Below the pieces are notes generated by a model. That model was given only the letters and a program-made list of their open reading frames with translations. It made no database searches and was not told the origin of the DNA. 64,000 bases of DNA from contig MU053482.1 of the NCBI GenBank assembly GCA_013239625.1, positions 2,643,168 through 2,707,167 of the forward strand, in the 5' to 3' direction. A program made the position numbers and the translations under genes. The DNA comes from Lama guanicoe (Eukaryota). Positions 28,950 through 39,790 of this stretch are shown here, piece by piece. The stretch's first letter is position 1. Each line of letters opens with the position of its first letter.

Positions 28950-29404
28950 TAAGACCAAATTATATTGTTTCTAATACTTTGGAAATAGATACCTATACCA
29001 CCTTTCCTATTCCAGAACACGTATCCTTAACACTTAGATTCCTCTAGTGCTAATGAGCATATGTAGTCCATGCTTTTATTTTTCACTAGGAACACCTTTG
29101 CCATCAACAGACTGCCTCTTCTTTCTGCTCCTCTTATCCTCCATTGTCAGTATTTTTTATATATAGTGGTTGTCAACATGCTGTAGTCCAGAATGGCATT
29201 ACAGGGGAGGTGTTTCAATTATGTAGAGAAGTATGACAAATAGATGAACAACTCCAAATCCTTATAGGTGCTTTAGATGATAGTCTGTACAATGAATATT
29301 GCAATTATTCGTATTAATTAGAATATCTTAAATATTCTAGCAGCTGTGAACTGATTTAAAGGTTTTATGATGCCTCCTTGCAATTTATATTTTGTGTTGA
29401 TCAG

Positions 29405-29500
29405 GTTCTCACAGGAGTTGCAGGAGAAGATGCAGAGTGTCATGCAGCAAAATTGTTGGAGGTCATCATTCTGCAGTGCAAAGGGCGTGGCATTGACCAG
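29405..29500 (+). CDS. IPO7: Importin-7 exon 20 ([13 protein letters not shown]...GIDQ)
   Basis: gatcag / gtgaat; 96 nt. Confidence 0.96.
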
Positions 29501-29621
29501 GTGAATGAGGATATTAATGATTCATGTCTGAGACTTCAGAGAGAGACTCTTTACTTCCACATTTTCTTTTCAGGCATTTGTTATATGTCTTTTCTATGTT
29601 TATGATGACACCTAGATACCG

Positions 29622-29666
29622 TTTTGAGGGGGGTAATTAGGTTTATTTATTTATTTATTTTTAATG
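29622..29666 (-). mobile_element. vic-1-like SINE tail fragment
   Basis: gagggggg taattaggttt (attt)n tail only. Confidence 0.55.
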
Positions 29667-30214
29667 ACAGAGAAAACATTTTTCAATCGTTGGTTTAAAA
29701 TTTAATGTTTAATAAATCAAATATTTAATATGTGTTGATATATGACTGGCAAGTTTTATGGCTACTAATTATGCAAGATAAGTTTTGACTTAAGACTTTT
29801 TTAATAGTATATCGTGAGAGTATTGTTTGCTACATTGTCACTTTATAGTAAGATTTAGTCATTAAATTTCCATGGTCAGTTTCAATGGGAATTTTTTAAT
29901 CCAACATAGTGTAAGTTTAATTAAGGCATACAATGTGATGAGTTGATACATGTTTATATTACAAAATGATTACCACAGTAAGGTTAGTCAGGAATATTTT
30001 GAATCCATGGCTGCTATTGTGGTGAGTCTCTAATATTTCAGTGAAGACTGGTCTTTCCCTAAAATTAAATTCCCACAGAAATGCCTCAACAGTAAAAAAT
30101 TATTGGATCACTTAATGGAAAAGGGGTTAGTTGAGGCAACAAGAAAGTTAATATGGGTAGAATAGTTAGGCTGCTGTTACTTACAATTTTGGAATATTTT
30201 GCTGTCTTTCTTGA

Positions 30215-30439
<225 letters not shown>

Positions 30440-30539
30440 TAAGTGACATATATTGAATCTTTCTATATTTAACTTTGTACAGACTCTGCATTTTTTTTTT
30501 AAAGGGAAAGGAAAACATCTTTCTTTTATTATATTTTAG

Positions 30540-30745
30540 GCTTCACGACAGAAAGATGTGTGTTCTGGGCCTTTGTGCTCTTATTGATATGGAACAAATA
30601 CCACAAGTTTTAAATCAGGTTTCTGGACAGATTTTGCCAGCTTTTATTCTTTTATTTAATGGATTAAAAAGAGCATATGCCTGCCACGCAGAACACGAGA
30701 ATGACAGTGAAGATGACGATGAAGCTGAAGATGATGATGAAACAG
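30540..30745 (+). CDS. IPO7: Importin-7 exon 22 ([10 protein letters not shown]...DDDET)
   Basis: ttttag / gtaagg; 206 nt. Confidence 0.97.
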
Positions 30746-31504
30746 GTAAGGGATTTGCAGTAGAGGAAGCCAAGCTTATTAGCTGGTTAGAAATATCACT
30801 GGGCTTGTTTTTTTTTAGCCCTTCTAAAGAATTGTAGCATCAGAGCCAAATGCTTTCTAGTTCGTTCAGGAACTTTCAGCTGTGTCCCCACCACATAAAG
30901 CAGTTGTAGGCATTCATGGGTTTTAGTGGTGGCAGGTTTTTAGTGTTGGCAAACATCTATCATCTCTTAGTGCTAAAACCTAGTTGTACCTCCACTATAA
31001 AATTAAGTTTAGGTGTTGGCTAATACATTTCACCTGTAAGGCACTGTAGGCTACAAGAGTGTAAATTGATACAGGATATTGATTGGTTAAGAGAAGTTAT
31101 TGTAGTTGTTCAGAAATAAGATAACTGCCACCTTTTGTCTTTTTTCATTTACTGTCTAAGCCAGCCTTAAAAAAAAGGATCTCAGAAAAGTTGCTCTGTG
31201 GATATAACAGAAGCTGTGTTACTTTACTTTTGGTGTTTGGTTTGGTATATACTGTAAGGCTCAGAGCACACTAAGTGCTGATTCTTTTATTACTATGTAG
31301 TCCTCAGAGTTGTGGCTAGTTTTCTTAGATTTCTGTGAGAATTTGTTTTTCTATTTATTGATGCCTTTGTATTTAAACACCATTTCCTGGAACTTTTCCT
31401 TGAATTTATTCAGTTGTGATTTATAATTTATCAATAGTTACCACTGTCTGTTGAGTAACAGAATATTTCAGTGTTAATAAGAGCAACTTTTTATGACTTG
31501 GCAG

Positions 31505-31711
31505 AGGAGCTGGGGAGTGATGAAGATGATATTGATGAAGATGGACAAGAATATTTGGAGATTCTGGCTAAGCAAGCGGGTGAAGATGGAGATGATGAAG
31601 ATTGGGAAGAAGATGATGCTGAAGAAACTGCCCTGGAAGGCTACTCCACAATCATTGATGATGAAGATAACCCTGTTGATGAGTATCAGATATTTAAAGC
31701 TATATTTCAGA
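31505..31711 (+). CDS. IPO7: Importin-7 exon 23, acidic region (EELGSDEDD...KAIFQ)
   Basis: tggcag / gtaagt; 207 nt. Confidence 0.97.
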
Positions 31712-33495
31712 GTAAGTTAACTTGTTATATGTAATTCCTATGGCTCCATATGATTCACTTTCCTGAACTAATCTGTTCTTGTTTTAACATGTCTGCCTCT
31801 TAAAAGGAGGGATTTTGGGGTATATCAAATCCAAGCTAGAATGTGATTTAGGATTGTTAGGCAAAGTAACCAAAGTTATTTCTTACGTTACCGTAAAGAT
31901 TCGTGGTATTTTCCTTAACCTATTTTACTTTAATTTAGATTATAATTTTGAAATATGCACATTATAGGAAAAATTGTATAGTTCAAAAAGTTTATACAAT
32001 GACAGTTTCTCTCCCACTTCTGATTTCCTGCCTCCTAGCTTTCCCAAGGAATATCTACTCCTATATCTGTTTCTTGTGTTTATGCATTTGTGTATCTCCA
32101 CCCCCAACCCCGGGCCAAACCCATCCTTACCTGTCTGAGAACTTGAGAACTTACAACATTAATGATCTTGGAATACCTTTCCTTTTTTCCTGTGTCACAG
32201 TGTGTGGCTATTAAATACTAGGTGGCAGTTTGTTTTACCATTATTTACTTGGATTTCAACAAAATGTAGTATCTGTGTTGTATCACCCAGCTTAAGAAAT
32301 TAAAATTGGTGCTGTATTTGAAGATCCTTTCCCTCCAGAGTTAACTATTGTGCTATTTGTCATTGTCATTCCTGTGCATATGAACTTTAATGTAGAATAA
32401 ATTCTCTGATGACCAAAGCATTAGTTTTCCAAGCCCATGACAAAGCAACTTTGATGCACAGTTGCAGAAATGCAAGGAATGTTTTCTGAGCTACATGGCA
32501 GGCCACAAGAATTGATTGAGGTGCCAACAACTACTGACTGGCTTTTGTCCATGACTTTGTATCTTGTGGACTTAAACACATGTTCATCCCTAAGGGATAG
32601 TTTATAATAGAGGGCTCATGCACAGTAAATGCAATAAAGTAGAAGTAGAAAATCATGAAGTAGAAAATCATTTCATTCTTGGAATTACTCTGTAAAAAAG
32701 TATTCTTCTGTGGAAAGTCTTTATAGAGAACATTTTCTCTCTGTCCTTCACCACACACACCCTTTTTATACAGTTACTTAATTGAAATAGAGAAATACAT
32801 GGTCAGACTTGCTACCATTATCTATCAATGTATCCATTGCATGTTCTCATGAAACATGAGATTTTAACACCTGGTCTTGTAACAGGCTGGGAAAATTTAT
32901 CCCTTCACCACAGATTGAGCTTGACCATTATTTAATCTATAGTATAAAAATGTGTAAGCATTTTAATTTTAACTGAAGTACTGTAGAGCTGCCTTTACCT
33001 ATGGAAAGACAGTCGTACATATATTTAAGAAAGGTTTTTGAATAGGTTAAAAAAAAAAAAGTAAGGCATTTGTTTTGTACCATTCACCCCTCGCATCTAA
33101 TTTTTGTTTTTTAATTTAGGGATTTGAGAATTCTATCCAGAGTAGTCTTGTTCATTTTCAAGCTGCTTTAACTCTGAATCTTTTTAAGGGATTCAGTTAA
33201 TTTTATTTCTAAAGTTTCTCCAGCTTGTTACTTATTATATAAGAACTAGTTTAGGTCCTAAATCCTTATTTACTGAGATAATTATGATAATGATTAGATT
33301 TTTGAGGCCAAACCAGACACTCCCCTCCTCACCCCGTGTATTTTGTTTCACAGGTAACTTAAAATACCTTAAATTATTACTGAGAAAATATAAACTAGAT
33401 CAGAATTTCAGTACTGGAGGTAGAATAGAGGGAACAGAATAGAACTACCAGGCCTTGCTTATTGTCACCCTTTTTTCTCTATTTCTTTTTGATAG

Positions 33496-33612
33496 CTATA
33501 CAAAATCGTAATCCTGTGTGGTATCAGGCTCTGACTCACGGTCTAAATGAAGAACAAAGAAAACAGTTACAGGATATAGCAACTCTAGCCGATCAAAGAA
33601 GAGCAGCCCATG
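33496..33612 (+). CDS. IPO7: Importin-7 exon 24 ([11 protein letters not shown]...RRAAH)
   Basis: tgatag / gtatgt; 117 nt. Confidence 0.96.
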
Positions 33613-34404
33613 GTATGTTAATTGACCACAACCTCTGTTAAATGCAATTAATGACTTAATACAGCTTTAAAATTTTATAATAAATGATTTTAAATTATAT
33701 AAAACCTACAATTGTTGCAGTTGATATGAAATTCACTCTTAATCTGCAGGTATGAAAAAACAAATTTTGGTTTTGGTCACAATTTACTGATTTTAAGTGT
33801 AGTTGAAGACTAGTTTCAGCATGCTTTATTTTAATAAGGTTGCTAAAGCTCATGGGGTCAGTTTGATAGTAAAAACAATTCTATTGAAAGTGTAAATTGA
33901 AAGTTACGAAAAAGGCAGTTTCTTAGAAGTACATTAAAGACATATCGTTTCTTTTCATCATTAAACATTTCAGTTTGTTTTTCAAACTAGGACATTTTAG
34001 ATTACACAAAGCCTAAATGTTTTTTCTATAGGTCTTAATACTGTGGGTCAAACTAGTTTAATATTCAAAAAGGGGCCTCCTTATAAATTAGACACAGCTT
34101 AGGTTAATTAGCTGATAATTATCTTTGGAGATTGGATCCTGCTGATTCAGTATTTGACTCAAAATAGAGTAATGAAAAAAAAGTTTTTTAAGACAATGGC
34201 AAGTGAAAATTGGTTAAGAAGTCTTCAACAAGAGAGCTCATCTTCTCTACATAATATACTCCTCCCTTTCTCCATATACATTTGGAGGAAGAACAAAGGC
34301 CAAGGTTTAGAACTTCCTAGCTGATACTGGTGGTTAAGCTATTGTTAATGTCTTCCAATTCTTTCTGTTCTCCAAAGTAGTAAGATGACCAAATGCTCTT
34401 TTAA

Positions 34405-34521
<117 letters not shown>

Positions 34522-36560
34522 GTTATATCACTTTCTTTCCTGCAGTGTGATTGTAGTGAAGAGCTTGTGTTCCTCCTAGTAGTGGTTCCAGAACTGGTTC
34601 ATGTTATCTACTCTAAACTAATTGATCAATAGATGGACAAAGAAAACCCAGGAGGTGGGACCTGATCATGCAACTTGGCACTGAAAATGAAACGAGAGGG
34701 ATTTTGGGGGGAGGGAGTTATTAACGTGGGTATTTTCTTTATTTTTTGAAGAAAGTAAGATTCTGACTGAAAGTTCAGGTGACACTGTGGAAATCTGCAA
34801 CAAGAGGGGATGTCATGAAGGCAGCTTTTCTTTTTCTGAGGAAAAAATAGGCATGGGCTACAGGACTATTTAAAATGTCTCATTTACAGTATGAGCTCAA
34901 AGGTAGATGTAATTTTTACACCTATGAGTATTTGTCCGATTTCTGTCTCTTCCTCACCATTGGGTATCTATTCTTTATATGTAAATAAGATAAGGTAATT
35001 GATAGCCTTATTCAACCTTCATCATTTTCATTCATCAACGATGGTTCCTATGTAGATTATTGGACATTTATTGTAGCACTACATAACTGATTAAAAAAAA
35101 TCTGTAAATGAATTAGCACTTTCATATTGAAACAAGCCTGCTAGCCTATGTATAAAATAGCAAAATGTTTGCTGTTTATAAAAAGATGGGATGAAATGGG
35201 GAGGGGGGCGGGGGTAATTTCAAGTTATTAATTTAAAAATGAACTAGCAGTTTTGTACCTGGTGACTTTGTGGTGCACTCACCTCTGATAGTGACTTGAA
35301 TTCGGTGTGTTAAAAGGGGTTAGTGATATTCCATTGCTGCTAAAAAATGGCAATTCCCTCTTTGTCCTGTTTTTTCTTAAAGCTCTCAGTGTGCAAGGGA
35401 TATTTGGATACAAGACCTTACTGTAACAAATAGGAAAGGTGATATTTGAAGCATGTAAATTGGATATAAAGTTCTACTCTTAAAGAGTTGATCAAAGAGT
35501 ATGGCTAAAAATCTATATATGCAGTCTATTAAAAGAACTTAATTCGGCTATTATGTCTTGATTTGATTGCAGTTTTTTCTGAATTGTAAATTTTTTCCTC
35601 ATGGATCTGTTTATCCTGTACCTAGAAAGTGCAAAATGCACACTTATAAAATTTGACATTTAACACCTCCCCCTCCTTCCTCATCTGCTCTACCCCTCTT
35701 GTTGATTGTGGTATCTCATCTTAAATAGATAGGCTGAAGGCACACGGTTCCCTCCAAAAACCACTATTGATACCACTGCAAACAAGCCAGCAACAAGACA
35801 ATGTAGAGAGGTTGGCTTGCTTCCCTCTCTCCTAACTGCATGTTCAAAAATAAGCCTTTATTTATCTTAAACATCTGTCAGATGATTCATACATTGGGTT
35901 ATTTTTTTATATACATGTATACACACAATATTTCAAATTGAAAGCAAACATCTCAATGGATTCAAAACTATTAAGTGCTGTTGTCTATAACAGACTAGAA
36001 AATTTATAACTGTAAAAATGAAACAAATACACATTATTTAAAATGCATAATGAAGAAAACCCATTGGTGTTGTGTTTTTCTTGTATGCCAATAATTAAGC
36101 CACTACTGTTGGCACTGTTTGGTTTTCTATTTTAACACTGAAGGAGTGAAAGTATTTCCTATATTTATGAATTTACTATGAAAATCCTGGCAAAAAAAGA
36201 AAAAAAAGTGTCTGTCTAAAATGTGTGGGTGAAAACTGTTAATCAAGTGTGTTTCTACTTTTTTCCCCCCAAGTTGGACACCATCTGTATACCCTAGGTT
36301 GTTTCAGGGGATTTCACTATTATATAAAGATCAATAAAATTAAAATGGAGTAGTTGTATATATGCAACATTGTGTACAGAGGGGAGATATTGAATAGTAT
36401 TAAACATTTTTGTCTTCCTTTATCTTTTATCCCCTACCTGATATCTAGTCTACTTTTTTAAATTTCAGACTTCACTGCTCTTTGAATTGATAATTCCAAT
36501 TTTCACATTGTTATTGGAAAACCATATCTAATAAAGGTTTTAGTTACTCCCACGCACAGT
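34522..36560 (+). other. IPO7: IPO7 3'UTR (end approximate; tandem poly(A) signals)
   Basis: Largely repeat-free AT-rich tract after stop; AATAAA at 36333 and 36530, further ATTAAA 36683 and AATAAA 37104. Confidence 0.7.
36530..36535 (+). terminator. Candidate polyadenylation signal AATAAA of IPO7
   Basis: Canonical hexamer followed by GT/T-rich downstream sequence (~36570-36590). Confidence 0.55.
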
Positions 36561-37874
36561 ATGAAAATTCTCGTTTGCTGAGGTTTTGTTTCAAGAAAAT
36601 GTATTGGCATGTCTTTGAGAACAAGTTTTATTGTCTCTGTCGTACAATCCAAACTAATATCCGTTTATGGATTTTGATTGAAATTAAAGACCTTCAAATT
36701 AAACTATATTTAATATTAAATATTGTTCAAATGGTAGTTTCTAATGCATCAAATATATACCTGTTATTTTCAGTACTTCCTTAAAAATCAAATTAGAGTC
36801 TTATAGATTATGGATCTTGGAATGTGTCATTGTGTCTAAATAAGATTATAGGACTTTTGGATAACTTTTTGAGAATAGTATTTACAAATTTGTAATTAGT
36901 TGCAATGTAGATTTTATTTATTTAACATACAGCCTTTCCCATAGTTTCACTAACCTATAACTTATTTTTTTTTAATTTATACTACAAATTAATTCTGGTT
37001 TTATTGGGTTTGTCTTTTTTAATGGCTGACATTAGCATAAACTTCACTTTTTTGTAAACTTAAGCCATCCTTTTTAAAAAAAGCCCTTTCTTTGTCAGTA
37101 TTAAATAAAGGAAGTTAATCTGTTTCTCTGCAGGTAACAGAATGGTGATTACTAATCTACACATTTTATGAAGATAGTGACTGCTATGCTTACCTCTGGA
37201 AGGGAACAGAGTGTAAAGAAGGGGTGGCCAAACCCCAGCCCTATGGCTGTATGCTGCTATTCAGTCCCAGCCAGATGTGGTCCCTGAAGCAAGCATGAAG
37301 AAAGTCATTAGGAATTGTATTAATACAAACCATGTTTTGGGGAAGATCTAGCACAGTGACTTAAGCATAGTAGGCATTCCGTAAGTGTTTGTAAAATGAA
37401 TGACTTAAAATTACTTTAAAACGTATTTGTTATAAAAATGTCAGTTCTGTTCTATATAATTTTAAATTTTGGTTAATATTATTTGTGACTACCAGTATCA
37501 CTCCTGAATTCTAGGTTTTCCCCTTGATGAGGTTGGCCACCCTTGCCATAATAGCGTTTCACACTTTGGTGCATGTGGTTCTTACAAAGGGCAACTTAGG
37601 TACCCAGCTAGAAATCTAGGATTTTATTATTATGGCAGGAATAAATATCTTTTAAGTAACTTTTTTTGAGAGCTAATTCCCCCTCCATGTTTTTTAAAGC
37701 TCAGGTAATAATGCCTTTATGTACTTAGATTCTGCTTTCATGTATATATAAATTGAAATTTGTCAATTACACTTGGTTTTTTAATGCTATATTTATTTTT
37801 AAATGATTTCCCCCCTTTTTTTAATGCTATATTTAAAAGCTTCCTATCATCAGTCTTTTAAATTTAACATCCTT

Positions 37875-39790
37875 TTAGTAAACTCAAACTAGAAATACAA
37901 AGCAACTTCCTCAACCTGAAAAAAGGGCATCTACCTAAAGCTAATGGACCTAATGATGAAAGACTAAAAACTCTTCCCCCCTAAGATCAAGAACCATACA
38001 AGCATGCTCCCTTTTGCCACTTCTGTTTAGCATAGTACATGAGGGTTTAGCCAGGGCAGTTAGGCAAGAAGAGGGAATAAAAGACATCCAGATCAGAAAG
38101 GAGGAAGTAATACTGTATTCATAGGTGACATGATCTCACAGAAAACCCTAAAGAATCCACACAAAGAGCTAATGACTTCATCAAGGTTATATATACAAAA
38201 ATCAATATACAAAAATCAGTTTTATTTCTATACAGCAGCAATGAAATAAAAGTGAAATTAAGAAAATTTCACTTAACAATAGTGTCCAAAAAATTCTTAA
38301 TAATAAATTTAACAAAAGTGAAAAACTTACACTCCGAAAACTACAAAACATCTAGAAGGAAAGATACCCGTGTTCATAAATTATAAGACACTATTGTGAA
38401 GATGGCAATATTCCCCAAATTGACCTGCAGATTCAGTGTAATTCCTGCAAAATCCCAGCTTACTTCTTTTGCAGGAATTGACAAACTGATCCTAAAGTTT
38501 GTATGGAAACACGAGGGACTCAGAATAGTCAAAACCATCTTGGAAGCAAACATGATTTAATAATAACAGTAGTACTGGTAAGGATAGATACTTTATATTG
38601 ACCAATGGGATAAAATTGAGAGTCCAGAAATAAACCCTTAAATTTACAGTCAACTGATTTTCAGCAAGGATGCCAAGACCAATGCAGGAATGAATCTTCA
38701 ACAAATGGTTCTGAGACAGCTGGGAATTTATATGCAAAAACATGTAGTTGGACCTTTAACACTATACAAAAAGTAATTCAAAATGGTTTCAAGATTTAAA
38801 TACAAGGTCTCGAATTCTTAGGAAAAATATAGGCATAAATCATGACTGAATTAGGCAACAGTTTCTTGGATATATCACCAAAGAACGAGCAACAAGAGGA
38901 AAAATAGATGACTTGGGCTTCATCAAAACTTGCAACTTTGTGCTTCAAAGGACACTTTCCAGAAAGTAAAAACGAGAACGGGAGAAAATATTACCAAATC
39001 TTGAGTATATAAACTACTCTTAGAACTCAACAAAAAACAATTTAAAAATGGGGAAGAATCCAAGTAGACATTTCTTGAAAGAAATAAATGGCCGGTATTA
39101 GGAAACAAAAATGCTTAACATTACTAGTCACTAGGGAAATGCAAATCAGAATTCATGAGATACCATTTTGTACTTAGTAGCATGTCTATAATCAAGATGG
39201 ACAATTACAAGTATTAGGAGGTATAGAAATTGAAACCCACATACATTGGTGACGGCATATAAAATCTTTTATGTTTTGTGTAAAAGTGGCAGTTCCTCAA
39301 AAGGTTGAGAAGTTTCACCTAGCAATTCCACTCCCAGATATCGAAGAGAAATGAAACATGTCCACAAGAGAACTTGTACACAATGTTCATACTAGCAGCA
39401 TAGCCAAGAGGAGGAAACAACTCAAACAGCCATCAGTTGGTGCATGGATAAACAAAATGCGGTATAGCTATACTGTAAGATACTTGGCAATAAAAAGGAA
39501 TGTAGTTACATGCTACATGGATGTGCCTTGAAAACAAAGAAGTCAGACACAGGATCCCATTTATATGAAATGTCTAGAATTAGCAAATCAATAGATTGGT
39601 GGTCGCTGGGCAGGTGGGTGTGGAGCCTAGGAGGGAATGAGTGCTAATGGGCATAGTGATTTCTATTGGGGAAAAGTGTTTTCAATTAGTCATGATGATT
39701 GAACAGCCTTGTGGATGTACTAAAAACTACTGAAGTGTGTACACTTTAAAATGGTTAATTTTATGGTACATGAATATCTCAATAATTTTA
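37875..39790 (+). mobile_element. Decayed 5'-truncated L1M (RT domain to 3'UTR), intergenic
   Basis: Degenerate ORF2 motifs (tattcataggtgacatgatc ~LFADDM; gacaaactgatcctaaagttt; aaatgcaaatc; ctagcaattccactc) and L1MB-type 3'UTR. Confidence 0.88.

Noticed and set aside
29021..29031. GTATCCTTAAC, resembling a U12 donor and branch site
   Set aside because: Mid-intron and not needed for the IPO7 frame; intron 19 has normal U2-type ends
31192..31350. Second hairpin plus H-like ACACTA in intron 22
   Set aside because: No ACA directly after the second hairpin, and two snoRNAs in one intron would be atypical
31493..31720. Met/Lys-rich alternative-frame ORF over exon 23
   Set aside because: By-product of GAT/GAA-rich acidic codons read in another frame
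31909..31938. Perfect U12-type branch point TTCCTTAAC with AG ~20 nt downstream
   Set aside because: No matching U12 donor at an exon boundary; the same 9-mer also occurs in an L1 remnant (~17385), so chance is sufficient
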